Of a DNA stretch of 64,000 bases, positions 39,822 through 53,689 are shown piece after piece. Positions within the stretch are counted from its first letter, which is position 1; every line of letters starts with the position of its first letter. The position numbers and the translations under genes were made by a program. The notes beneath the pieces were generated by a model that saw nothing but the letters and a program-made list of their open reading frames with translations, had not been told where the DNA came from and did no database searches. The stretch comes from Tubulanus polymorphus (Eukaryota > Animalia > Nemertea), in NCBI RefSeq assembly GCF_964204645.1, contig NC_134032.1, positions 434,001 through 498,000 on the forward strand. The letters run 5' to 3'.

Positions 39822-42800
39822 TCATTGTCTGAGTTGAATTGTTGGAATCGTAGACGGCGCCGTCTGCTGTTGCTGCTGCTGGTTATTGTTGCCGAATACC
39901 TGCCCCGACGTTGACGATGAGCCGAACCCCGATTTCAACCCCGAGACGCTTCTATCCGATTTGTTCGATGACCCGGCGGCTGACACGGCGGGCGAGTCCG
40001 CGCGGAACCGGTCGTGTTTCCAACGCGCCGCGTCCGCGTTGCCGCGCGGCCGCGACGACTGGTACGGTTTCCGGTTCATGAAATTCTGATTGTTGAATTT
40101 TCTCGGTTGATATTTACTGGAACTGATTCCAGATCCTGAAATAAACATCAAACATAATCAATACCAGGTCCGTATTTAGGGGGGGGGGGGGTCTGCACTG
40201 AACTATGGCATCAAACATTTGACTTGAAAGAGCTTTTAACAAACAGTAGCCCTAGGGCTAAAAAAAATTGATATTGTTTCTCCGCTCTGCTGTTGATCCG
40301 GCCGGCCGCCTATCTACCCTGTACATTACTTTTTTTAAAATCGTGATCAATTTTACCATAACAGACTCGGCCGCTATAGAAATGAACTGTTTATAAATTT
40401 TATCATATTTTACAAAAATGACCCGGCCGCTGCGGAGAAACTAGGTATCATTTTTGTTTAGCCTAGAGTTGTAACCGTAAAAACGATAATCTGTTAATCC
40501 TGAATCCATTAATTATTGATTAACAGATTAGGGTTTTTACAGCACTAACAACTCTCTCTGTGGCTTGAATGAGAAATAATTCGGTGTCAAAAATAGAAGC
40601 TTAATTGAAAATTAACTAGAAATCATATTCTAATTTGAGTATCTTGATAACATTTGAAAGGAATTGGGCCCTTAAAATAGGCGGAAACTACTCTGAAATA
40701 GTTGTTGTCAGATCTGTCTGTTTTGAGAGTATTGCGATATTTTTGGGAGGAGTTGAGTCCTTCAAAAAAACAATCGCACAAAACTACTCGTAAATAGTCA
40801 GGTCTGCTTTTAGGGAAAAATATTTCCACAATCGCCGGCAGACGCTCGGCGTTATCTCAACACTCACCGCTTCGTAATTTTATCTTGTTCGGTTTCACCG
40901 AGACGTCGATTTCAAAATCGCGCGAGAAATGAATTGTCACGAATTGGAAAAACGACGCGACTCCGAATTTCCGCGTGGCGAGTATTTCTTCGTATTTTTC
41001 CTCGTAAATACGCCGGATTCTCGACGCGGTGAGGCCCTCCGTGAAGCCGACGCCGCTCTCCTGCAACACGGCCTCAACGCGATCTTTCATCAGCCAACGC
41101 GTGTACTTGTGAGGTGGCAATTTGAAAACCTGCGGCCGTCCTGAAATTACAAGTTGAATACACCTGCTATAGTCATCTCGGGCAGACACAGTACACCCTA
41201 ATACTCTACTCCGGGATACATCAACTAATCCAATCAAACCTAGACCATCAATCAATGCATCGAAATCAAATATCACAACCAGTTTGTTTTATAAAAGCTT
41301 TTAAACCTTTCAGTGTGTCTACACATCAGTGCAGTGTAATGATCTACACCTCAGTGCAGTGTATAGATCTACACATCAGTGCACTGTATGAATCTACACA
41401 TCAGTGCAATGTATAGATCTACATCTTGGTGCGATGTATAGATCTACACATCAGTGCAATGTATAGATCTACATCTTGGTGCGATGTATAGATCTACATC
41501 TTGGTGCGATCTACATCTCAGGATGGTTTATAAATCTACACCTCAGTGCAGTGTATGAATCTACCCCTCAGTACGGTGTATGAATCTACACCTCAGTACG
41601 GTGTATAAATTAATGATGGTCATTGTTAGCACAGAGATTTAGATTAGAAGAATATAAGAACAGAAGGTTAGGTTAAGAAAGGTCAGGTGAATCAATGGGA
41701 TTAGGATTTACCCTTCCAACGGTGCGTTTACACCATAGTGCGGTGTATAAACCAGTGATGGGTTTTGAATAGAAAAATGTAAGCGGCATCGCGAGGATAG
41801 AACGAGTTCTATTTCAACGACCCGATCAGATCGTCGTAGCCAATCAGCGACAAGTTTTGCGTCAAACGACCTTAAGACTCTGCGACGATTGAGTAATAGT
41901 CGACCCGAGTGTTCTTACGACGTCGCGACAAACCAATCAGCAATCGACGGTGGTTTACTACTGCTAGTCGACCTGAGCTTAAGCTTTAAACATCTAAATG
42001 TTATCTATTACTAACCAATTTTATCGGTATTTCCGCCATATTTCTCGAGTTCCAGACGATCCTCCGTAGTACCATACATCCCTCTCGGCGGACGCGGAGT
42101 CAATGTGCTGCCGATGTTTTTATCGTTTCTGTTGACACTTTCTCCAGCCGCCCCGCCCCCGCCCCCGCCGGTTGAGTCTTTCGGACTCGATCTGTCGTCG
42201 TGTTGCTGCAAGTATTTCAAACATTTTATTGTGAAACAATTCACGTGGTGTATCAAAACAAGAACATGAAATAATCCCCACAAGCAAGTCAGACAGTAAG
42301 GACTCCAGTCAAAAAGTCGTCTAAATTCTTAAGATTGGTCTTAAATGGATAAAATCCTATAGAACCAAAATGGTCTTAGACTGGTCTTAAGTTGTTAGAT
42401 TGGTTATAGAACTAAAATGAGCTTAGACTGGTCTTAAGTTGTTAGATTGGTTATCTAACTGAAGTGAGCTCTGACCGGGATCGTCCAACTTGCCAAAGGA
42501 TTCAAATGCAGTGGTGTTGGAAGCAATTTGAGATTGTTACGGCCAAGGCCTAGAGAGCTGGTTCTCAGTCGGTAAAATGCAGAATAAATAAATGATATTT
42601 TCGATTTTTGTAATCGGAAATATCTTACCAGGAACGGCGCGTTCTTATTCGGCGACCAAAATTTCTTTTTATTCGAATCTTGCGGAGATTTGAATTCTTT
42701 GCGTTGGTTGCCGCCGGCGCCGCCGCGACTGTCGTATTTTTTGTAGCCGCTGCCGAACGCCTGACCGCTCGTAGTCGGTTTGAACGAGCTGTTTTTGTCG

Positions 42801-45800
42801 AACGCTCTCCCGGTCGACGACGACGACTGTCTGAAAGCGTTGTTCCTGCCACCGTCAGCTGCCAGCTTACCGAAATTACCTTTCATATCTACAAACGAAA
42901 TGATTATAATCAATTATCTAACCAACATCCAGGGGCTGCAGTTACTAAAAAGTTGGTTTAACCCTTTCAGTGCGTCTACACCGCAGTGCGGTTTATAAAT
43001 CAGTGATCAATCTTCCCTAACCAGTTTCTTCAATTTCCACCCTCATATTTTTTCAATTTTTAACCTTATGAAAATTCGTGGCCTAAAATAGATTTCCTCA
43101 ATTCACTGCTATTTCCCGTATTCAAGGCCTATGAATGTGCTGAAGAGAAAATAGCCTGACGATGTAACATTTTTCATTGAATCGAGTATTGATAAACTAA
43201 AGAAACAAGCGGTCGATAGCATTATCCACAATTCCCTGAACTTTCCAGGTTTTTTTTTTTTGGTAAATAAAATTCATCGAGTCTCCTGAAGTTTTCCCTG
43301 ATTTTTCTGATTGCCTGAGTTGACCAGGAGACTGGCCACCCTGCGTAAAGACTGAATGCACCACTTCGATAACTCACTCTGTTGGCGTTTGTTGATATTC
43401 GCTTGTCTTTTCTTAATGTCTTCCAATTTCTTTTTGCGAAATTCGGCCAAAACTTTCTTTTTCCTGAAAATATCATCAATCATCGGATGTATGAATGACC
43501 GAAACATAGAGCATGATTAAAAATCCATAGATGATCAAACAATGCGTAGCTTGCGTGCAATTATGATAAGAAAATTCGGAACTCTGTTCTAAGCCTCAAA
43601 TTTACAATTGATTGTGGCTATATCATCCAACTGTGAAGCAGCTCAAATGAGAGAGGAATTTGACTTTTAAAATAGCTGTTTAATTGAAAGTGAAATCAGA
43701 TATTCTGATTCATTCACTTTCTTCCCCTTTACAAATATCCTGGGCCCGGTTTAATAGACTGGTATTATCTTTAACTCGGGGGTTAACTCAATTGAAAATG
43801 AATTGAGTTAGCCTCCGGGTTCAAGTTAATACCAGTCTATAAAACCGGGCCCTGAATTTTCCACGTGATTACACAAAATTCTCTGAGAATCAGAGAGAAA
43901 TTTCTAGGTTTTAAAATGTTACAATTCATTGATTTTTCATTGAATCACATACTAATAAAGGAACACGCGGTCAATAGCATCATCCAAGTTCCGCGAGTTT
44001 TACAAGTCTTTGGCAAAATTAGTCAAGTTCCCCGAGTTTTTCTAGAATTTTTCAGATTCCCCGAGATTTCCAGGTTTCTGGCAAGATTTGTTAAATTCCC
44101 TGGCCAGGGCCAGTTGCACAGACCTGGCTTAAGTGCAAAAGTGGTCTTAAATCTTAAGACTGATCTTAAGTCATTAGATTAGCTACAGAACTAAGTCGAT
44201 CTTAGACCGGTCTTAAGTCTAAGCCGTCACTATGCAACCGGCTCCAGAGTTTTCCATGAGTTTTCCGGGTCAGTGGCGCCACCATGTATGGAAATGATTT
44301 TTCAAACCGTCTCGTACCTGTTGACCTCTTCGATTTTTTTCTCCAACTCGGCTGTTTTCTTCTTATTTTTGATCAGACTGTATCGAAGGTCGCCCTCTTT
44401 CAGAGCTAGAGTTTTATCGGACGCTTCTCGGTGCTGTACTTTCCTATAAACGTGAAACACATAAACATGAAACACAATTCGAACCTAGGATAAGAGTAGT
44501 AGTAGCTCAGACATGTAGAGAATAGGATAATAAGATTAAAACCCACACATTTATCCCTTTCAGTGCGTCTACACCGCAGTGCGGTGTATGAATCGGTGAT
44601 GGATTTTGCTAGTACACCGCACTGCAGTGTATTGATTTAATTAGTAATTACTAATTATTTCTATTGAAAGATGGCAGCACCTTTCAAACATAGTGAAATA
44701 CTAGTAACTAATGATACACTGCACCGCGGTGTAGACGCACTATAGTGGTATTCCCGTTATTCAACACACTAGGGTGGAATTTTTCAGAATTTTCAAATTA
44801 TCTTCAGCACTATAGGGTATTAATTAGTCAGCACTGAAAGGGTTAAGAGATAAATAAATTCTACTTGTCAAGAATTGAATGAATTTGTTTTCCATTAGAT
44901 AAATTGAAATCATGTACATGTAATTTAAAGTCGCTCAATTTGTATAGCCAATAGGCTCAGCGTACAGCTGGCCTAAAAATGGCCTAAGCTTGGACATATA
45001 TCTGGTCAACCGGCGGCATTAGAGTACAACTATCTGCTGAACAAAGTCTATTTGTTAAAACTATCATTGAGATCGACCTCGACAAAAATCAACTTCACAC
45101 GAAATCAATCACAAAAAAAAAATCTCGTAAAAAATCCTTTATCACTTTTATCATTTCGAAATACTGATTAGTCATTGACGCACAAACAACGGTTTCTTAT
45201 CTCCGGGTCTTCGTCACATAGCGCATGACATTATCACATAACTGTTATACGTGATATAAAACTTATACGCCCGAGTTCTTAGTTCTATGTAGTTACTTAT
45301 TGACGAGCAAACATGGCGGGTAGTAGCGTTAGCTGCGAGTATAGATCAGAATTCACTGTTACGTTTGAAAGACGCAAAGTAAACGTTTATTCAGATGAGG
45401 AGAATGAAAGTAGAGATATCGCTAATTATTCCTATCAACCGTTATTCAAACTAGAATGTGATCTGATAACTGTTGACGGTGATCTATTACAATTGCCAGT
45501 AACGATATGGACAGAGGAACTGGAGACCTTGATTAAACGAGAACTTTTTGAAAGACAACAAATAACCGAAGAACAAATATCCGTACAAGTGATAACGTTC
45601 GATGAGGTAAGAATCATTTTCATCTTCAGTTTCATCATCATCACCCACGCACGATACTAGACGGGTGACCGCTGCGAGGTGAGAGTCAAATACAAAATGT
45701 TGTTTTCAATTTCAGGTGAAATTAGAATGGCGAGCAGCGCCCCCCGGTGTTGAGATACCGGATCTCGGCATCCCGTTCAACCATCAACCACAAACCCACG

Positions 45801-48800
45801 GATTCATCGTTAAGTGTTCGAATGGAGAAATGGCCGAAAACTATAAATCAAGCCTTCAAAAGTCTCCACAATTTATAGGAGCAGGACTTCATGTGATCGG
45901 TATTAGTCGACGAGGGACGCAATCGTTTAAAGTTAACTATACAGAACCGATCACTGAACATCAGACTGGTACAGAGCTGATGGAACCTGAGGATGAACAT
46001 CCCACTGGTACAGAGCTGATGGAACCTGAGGATGAACATCCGACTGGTACAGAGGATGATGTTATTGTTTCATTAATGATCAATAAACAGGTAGATACGG
46101 ACTTCAGTCCCACCCTGGTGACGTCACTACCTGTTGAGCAGGCGGGTCGACAGTCACGTATAATATGTGCGCGCTATAAATTCGCTGATTATATATATAG
46201 TATGAATGAGGATAATGAGATGGAGAGATACATAGAGTTTGACTGTGATGAGATACAAGGACTCGATACTGATAGTAACGGGTATCTGTTTGCGCTCGTG
46301 AAGAAAAACAGCAAATTCTACCTGAGAAAATATAAAGATACAATAAAACTGTTAGAAGAAGACATCACCGATATCCGGTCTGGAGTCTGTAGAACCCTAA
46401 TACTCCGTGATCACAAAATCTATGTACAGTCAAAGAGAGACGTTCATGTTTTACGTTTATTAGAAAACCCTGTAAACAGTTTGATTGATAGAAACCGAGT
46501 GAAGAAGTATCAGCTCCCGGGTGGAGAGTACAAATATATCAACTGTTTAGATGTGGACTCACGGGAACGCATGTTTGCCTACTGTATGCATACACGTAGA
46601 TTATTGTATCTGACAGCAGAAGCAAAGCTGATAAGTTTTATCTATTTGAAGGATTTCGGACTAACATTTGATCCACTTGTGGGACGCGTGTGCCTGATCA
46701 GTGATAAACATGTATTACTATCGGTATACTCTAATACTGATAACAGAGGTGCTGTTATCAGTATCAGATATAATGATGAGGGGTTTATAGATCCCCCCGG
46801 ACGTATAGTAATGAACTCAATGCACAGTTTGGTATGTGAGATGCATAAAGTGTGTGACAGTAACACTGTAGTTATTTGTCACTATGATAACAGTTATAAA
46901 CAGGACTCACTTAGAGTTTATAATATAAACACTGGACTAGCTCAGTAACTAGTTGCCGCATGATAAACAGAACTTGTTGATAGTTTACAAAACTCTGCAC
47001 CAACAGTGTTATTCAACGTGTATCTATACTATATTTCTCTAATGCGTATTTTACTGAACATCTCACGTTTGCCATGGGTCTCGTCGGGGTGTATAACTTA
47101 TCCATTAAATGCAACATATCTATAAGAATGCATTGTGAAGGGTTTTTTATACGAAAAACATCAGTGGGACCAGAAATTTGGGGTTTTGTACAAGCCAATC
47201 AACTGGCTACGTAGACGCGACAAGTGTGAACAACAGTAGCAGCAGCAGTAGCAGCAGCAGCGCTACACACACACACTCACGCAAGAGCACTGCAGCAGGC
47301 TTCTAAAAATAAACTGGGTCACTACTGCTGTTACCAACACCGTGAACTGAAACTCAAGAGGTGTCATGAGATGCAGGCTTCAATTACCCAACGGTCCATC
47401 CCGATTGCTAACGCAATTTCATTGCCATACGTTTATTGTTATTTAGATAAGATAACTCTTTCTGTTTTTTCATTATAGAATACATAGCCTATAATATTGT
47501 AATTACTGCATTCTTAGTATTCCATTTTTCTATCTACCCGTCCATTGGGTGTGTATTTGGCTAGTTGCTGTATAAGTCTACTCTTTTATTGAAAACAAAT
47601 TTATTCAATTTGCGATAAATAGAATTCATTCTTCATCAAATTGCACAGGGATGAAAATGTTTGCGGGAGGTTGGATGGCGGGATAGTTACCTATCGTCCG
47701 ATGGAGTCCGACTCCTCCGGGAATCACGATCCGATGATTCGGACGACGAACGACCTCTACTCCGACCACGACCTTTACTCCCGCCGCCGCGACTTCGATG
47801 AAAGTCGCTGTCGTACGAGGCCGACCGGCGTTTGTCGCGTTTCCGCGACAACGACCGGCGGCGTCTGCTGTCGCTACGGCTACGACTGTCGCGTTGAGGT
47901 TTCTTGCCGACCGGACTACGACTGGCGCTGTTCTTCACGCGCGCGGCGGCCGCGGTCTCGCGTTGTTTGTTACGTCGCTCCCGTTCGATGCGATCGTCTG
48001 TCGCTCCGACCTCTTCCAACTCGATCCCGGAGAATCGAGAGATTCTTTGTCTGAATGAGAAAAATGTCAATTATCAATAATATGAGTTTAGCTAGAGACA
48101 CAATGGTTAAATTGTGAAGTTATGCGCTGATTCAGATTACTCTTATAACGTGGCCACTAATATATTTGTTAACGAGAGAGAAATCTCACAATAACGAAGC
48201 CAAGATTGAAAAATTCTATATCAGAATGGTTGTATTTGAGGAGCGACGTTTCGGCTAACAACTGTTAGCCATCATCAGGCGTACTGATGATGGCTAACAG
48301 TTGTTACGCCTGATGATGGCTAACAGTTGTTAGCCGAAACGTCGCTCCTCAAATACAACCATTCTGATATAGAATTTTTCAATCTTGGCTTCGTTATTGT
48401 GGGATTTCTGTCATTATCATCATACACGGATATTGTCGTCTTGACTGCAAGTTATTTTCCTAGACACGATCTGCTAAGAATCCAATCAATAAACGCGATC
48501 AAATACATAAAACACAGATGGAAACTGTTTGATTAGATCTAGCAAATCTTAACAAATTTCACCGACTTATCCCTATTTTTAGCTTTCTTTTTAAAGAAAG
48601 GAAAATTCATCGAGTTTTCCCTGGTTTCCAGGTAAGTGGCGCCACCCTGTTTTAGAAACAATAAGCATGCGCCTTGAAGCTGTCTTGACCACACTGTCTT
48701 ATGTCTTTAAACAGCAATCAGATCAATGAACTCATGGATTGGCTAGTTTGCTACTAGCAAAGTGCACCATGATGCAGTGCACTAGCAAAGTCCCATCACC

Positions 48801-51800
48801 GAGTTTTACACCGCACTGCGGTGTAGACCCGCTGAAGGCGTCAGTTCGAATTGATCTGATTTGGCAACAATTTCAAACTCACCTGGTTTTTCCAGATTTC
48901 TGTCGATTTGTGATTAATTCATCATCATCATCGTCATCGTCGTCATAGCGTTGCGTGAACGAACCTATTTTAGCGAACGAGCTAGCAGCCGATGACGTGG
49001 CGCCGGCGGGTCCCGACGGACGAGCCTTCACGACTCGGGTCTCAATCAACTCGTCGTTCTCGTCGTATCGGAACTGTTTGATCTCCTCGCGGTCGAACAT
49101 CGGTTTCAGACCCTCGTCTTTACGACGAAGGATCGCGACGCAGTCCGGATTGTACGACCGGTCGACGGTGTAAACCGGCGCGCCGCTGACCTTGCGTTTT
49201 ATGTCGACCGATATGTACAACTCGACGACCGGTCCGCGAGACGGGTTGCCCGGGAGATCGCGGAAACGATCCGACAGCGTGTAGCGTTGGCGGCGTTTAA
49301 CGACGTGCGGCGGCTCGCGTATCGCGCTCACCGTCCGCGTCGTCAGTAAACCAGACGTTCCCGACTCCGTCTGCTCGAGACCGCCGCGTTTCTTCACCGG
49401 AGAACTCAACCCTACACTCGTTCCCGCTGCTGCTGGTGCTGCTGCTGACCCCGCTGCTGCTGCTGTTGATGATTTAGATCTCTTTCGCCACGAGTCCGAC
49501 CCACGTTCGTCGTTACCGGCGCTCGCAGTTAACTTACTGCGTTTCTGTTCGTACGTCTGCTCTCTGTAACACAAACAATCAACATCATAAATTCTGTCTT
49601 TGAATTAAAATCACTCGCTTTTCAATCCAGGTTTCACCAGGATCCCTACAGATCAGTGATTACTGGCTATAAGGTGTTTTTAAAGGAGAAAATTACAAAT
49701 TTGCATCCCTTTCATATCTCAATTACTCTAGACTCCTCCTAAATCGGTACTGTTCTCAGTAAACCGTTAATCCAGTGGTTTCATAAGAAAATTTACATAC
49801 TTTTACATCACTAAACTCTAATTTGGTACCCTCCTAATTGGGTTAAAGCAAGTACCAACTGTACCAATTTAGAGGTAGTCTTCTGGACCCAGTTCCACAG
49901 TTGTAAGTTAAGATTTGACTCTGAGTTAACTCATCGAAAATGAACTAATTTTAACTCAGAGTTAACACTAAACTCAGAACTGTGGAACTGGATCCTCTAC
50001 ATTTACAAACTAGACACAAATTTCTAATTGCCCGTTGAGTTTCAGGTATTTCGCTCAAATCTTAGCAGTTTCTTTAGAAGTATTATCTGTTTAGAAAGAG
50101 TTTTTTTAGGATCTGTCGGGACCCGGTTGTACATGGAGACACTGCGGCAGATTTTACCTTTGATTTGCCGGGGAAGCTGAACGTTTACGATCTTTACCCC
50201 GACGATCGCTCGCCGACGATTTACTCGCGCTTGTCTTCGCTTCACTGAAACATGAAAATTTTCAAATTATCTCCAGCACAAGAGGGTATTGATTAGTCAG
50301 CACTGAAAGGGTTAAGACATTTTGCAAACTTGTTGACGACGCGTTGAAGTTATTTAACAAAACCTTTCGAAGAGGTAGTTCTATCCCGTTAACACTGTAA
50401 ATACTTGTCAAAATGCAGGCTACTTTTTCGGGCCCCGCTTAAAATATCTACTGTCGTAATTCATGTGAATTTAATTTCTTAAAACGTCGGTACAATTCTT
50501 CCAAAATCACGCCCCGAAAGGTGCATTATTCTCAAAACGAACATTCGTCAGAATTATGTTAAACCGCGCGAAAACTATGACATAATTCAGGATCCAGTTC
50601 AACGGTAATCGAGGTTGGGTTTTCTTTAAACGTTTTATTATCAAATCGTAACTTGGAAACTGGATTCTGACGGAGAGAGAAGAGAAGTTAAAATGAAAAA
50701 GGAACCGTTATTAAAACTCGTAAATCATCGATGCAATGACACCTACCTGTCAGCATGAATACATCGCACAAGTATTTTATCTATACAGACATTTTTTCTC
50801 GCTTTTTAATCTATCAATTTTTTTCCTTAAAGACTCGTATGTTTTTTTTTTTTTTTCTACTGGTAGGGAAAGAACTCCATCGAGAAAATCATCGTTATTA
50901 TTCGCCGACCATTCTAATTTCGTGATTCGACGACTTTTCCCGTGACTTTTCTCGCCAAATTTTATGACTTAATCGCCGTGTCGTAAAACCTGTCGTACGC
51001 TCTGGTCTTTAAAGTCGCTTGCACGTGGTGGTAGCAGAACGTAGGCCTCGTTTGTATTACGAATTCTGCGCTGCAAAATTTCATAGATCGAATTCCGTAA
51101 CTTTCGGACAATTTGACGCAGAGTTTCTAACTTTCTTCATCTTGAATTCACTGACATTTTCAGTTTTGATATGAACCTTGAATACTGGAAGGGTCTGAAT
51201 TCAGCATTTATTCATCGATAGCCACATTTCTACACCACCTGTCTCATGTACGTACGCCTAATTATTGATTATTGATTTCATAATACTTCACACTTTTTAG
51301 TGCATTTTCAACTGATTTTCAGCTATCTTAGTCAGCTGAGAGAAATTTCACTGATTACCACAAGGGTCTACAATAAACAGTCTTGCAGCAATTTCAATGT
51401 CAATACGCCTTTACACGACACACCCTCAAAGTATATAAAATTCCCTGATTGAAGTCTCCAGCACTGACGGGTTTATGGCATCACGTGCAGCACCCTCTAT
51501 TGGTGGTCAAACACAATAAGTGATTTATATGACAGACCGTTGAAGTTTGTAAATGCTTTATCTTTTTTTTTGTTGGGTGCGACAAGTCTCCAGCTCTGGT
51601 AGGTAAACAATCTATGACATCACGTACAACACCCTCTATCGGTGGTCAAACACACTAGGCCTATATGATTTACATGACAGAGCGTTGACCATTCGTAAAT
51701 CCCCTATTGTTTATGTTCAGCATGTCTCCAGCACTGATGGGCAAACAAACTATGACATCACGTACAGCACCCTCTATCGGTGGCCAGACACACTATACGA

Positions 51801-53000
51801 CAGACCGTAGAAGTTTGCTAATCTCCCGATTAACTTTTGTTATTAATGTTATGCGCACAACACCTCTTTATCTCCAGTCAAGTCGTCTCTGTCAGGCGCG
51901 TTGGAAGCAATGTTTCATTACCGCGGCCAAATACCGATTTTGGACAGGTTCTAAATATTGTCGAGGCGAATTTACTTAATTTCATCAAAAACGTGGTATT
52001 CAAAGAAAAAAAAAGGTCATTCAGTAAATTATGCACCTCCAATGCCACTGTCTGTTACTTGCTCTTCTTACGACAGCTGGTAATAATGGTTCTATTTTCA
52101 TACATTCATATTTTCACTTCACCTGGAAGTGGTTATTACGCACAGTAGACACGTACTCATAATCAAGTATGATTCCCAGCATTATCATGACTCTCAGACT
52201 CAACGTCCGGTCGATATTGTCTATAAATATCGATATCTTCAAGTTAAAGGTGATGGCGAATTCTTTCGCCTCCTAGCCGTTGTTCAAGATGCCGGTTCTT
52301 TTCAAATCGCACCCGACGAGTTCTCGATACCTTAATCTTAACAAATCTCCATCATAAACATGACTTCGTTTATGATTTTTACCATACATTCCAACAACTC
52401 GACGCCTAGCTCGATGTCAAAGTTGATGATTACGATCATTTCAGTAGCAATCCCATTTCCTCTCTAGAGCCGTGCGGTTTTCACCGAAACCTACCAGAAC
52501 ATTTTTTTTCATCAACTCATCGTCAGCTTTAACCCTCAGCTAATCAACACAGCTTCGAAATCGTAATATCGAGCTTTTTATACAAGATCTCATGATAATT
52601 ATTACGACCAGAATTTCTGTTTTGCTTCCTCTTTGTTTTTGTGGTAATAATCGAACCTAAAACGTCACTCCTTATCTGAAAACAAACTTTCATTTTTAAT
52701 ACATCATCGATCGTCGCCGCTTCTAAAATTTAAAATTAAAAAAAAAATACGGCGATCGTTTAAAAAACTTTTCGTCGCGTCCCTCTCTGCGACTCCGGTG
52801 ATCGCGGCGAATACCTTTCGTGTCTCGTCGCCGACGATTGTTGCTTGGACGCGGGTGGCGATGACCTCCTCGCCGACGCAGATTTCTTCGAATCGTAAGG
52901 CGATCGTCTTTTTCTCGGCGATCGCGACCTCGATCGCGAGTACGACGACTTCTCGCGACGCGACCTCGTCGTCTTCGTTCGTCCTCTCGATCTCGACCGA
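39822..53000 (-). CDS. RS-rich BCLAF1/THRAP3-like, transformer-like protein, >850 aa, first exon not located; exons 53000-52815, 50244-50158, 49563-48883, 48050-47691, 44443-44318, 43463-43378, 42888-42629, 42205-42016, 41140-40868, 40135-39822
   Basis: All ten exons are GT-AG with compatible phases and an open frame. RS domains; motifs TLSDRF, GDLRYSL, FLQHDDR and RWKHDRF typical of the BCLAF1/THRAP3 family; CAM-like NPDCVAILRRKDEGLKPMFDREEIK; LOTUS-like exon. Confidence 0.8.
41310..41610. repeat. ~22-24 bp tandem repeat (gatctacacatcagtgcaatgta) derived from a piggyBac-like MITE end
   Basis: Begins with cctttcagtg..tctacac, then amplifies that subterminal motif about 12 times. Confidence 0.75.
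45313..46948 (+). CDS. Uncharacterised protein, 508 aa (paralog B), nested antisense in an intron of the RS-rich gene; exons 45313-45606, 45716-46948
   Basis: Same phase-0 intron (FDE|VKL); shared blocks YxxQPLFxLECDLI, WRxAPPGVEIP, KKYQLPxGEYKxINC and KDFGLTFDPL. Confidence 0.8.
48179..48408. mobile_element. Penelope-like terminal repeat in inverted arrangement
   Basis: Near-perfect ~100-bp inverted repeat, each arm carrying a hammerhead core. Confidence 0.7.
48304..48348 (+). ncRNA. Type I hammerhead ribozyme motif; inverted copy at 48241-48283
   Basis: CTGATGA - stem II ggctaac/agtt/gttagcc - GAAAC-GTC, with a minimal palindromic stem III. Confidence 0.7.
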
Positions 53001-53689
53001 CTGAAAATATACCGATAAACAACGTATCATTAACTCATTGCCTGCCAAACACGTAACCAGAGCTGCCAGCTTAGATTTTATCTTTTGTTGATCATATGTC
53101 AAAGTTTAACCCTTTCAGTGCTGACTAATTAATACCCTATAGTGCTGGAGATAATTTGAAAATTCTGAAAAATTCCACCCTAGTGTGTTGAACAACGGGA
53201 ATAGCACTATAGTGCGTCTACACCGCGGTGCGATGTAACGTTAGTTAGGCTACTAATATTTCACTATGTTTGACAGGCGCTGCCATCTTTCAATAGAGAT
53301 AAAAACTAATTACTAATTACATCAATACACTGCAGTGCGATGTACTAGCAAAATCCATCACTGATTCATACAGCTAGCACTGCGGCGTAGACGCACTGAA
53401 AGGGTTAAACTAATCTGGCCAACAAGACAATTGCAGTATAAAATGCCAATCCAGTGAGTACACAGTTATTAAAGCAACTGCTGTGATTATCATCAAACAA
53501 CACAATGTAATCATTCTGTCTCACAACAATTCATGATGTAGGGGGCGACATTGAGGGTTAGTTTGGGTTTGATGCATCGTCTATCTTGAATCCGCGACAG
53601 GTTAGCCCGTTAGGTGATTGACTCTTGAGTTGAGGGAGGGGTGTGATTTATTAGGCCTATCTGAAGCGGTAGTTTTAGGCGGCCGCTCT

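Noticed and set aside
49571-49585. ACAATCAACA resembling a Tra/Tra2 (dsxRE) site
   Set aside because: Single copy, antisense to the gene; it is simply the polypyrimidine tract of the acceptor.
52704-53102. The two listed minus-strand ORFs as the RS exon
   Set aside because: The frame compatible with downstream exons is the third one (RSRSRGRTK...RSRSRSPRK), which is not in the ORF track.
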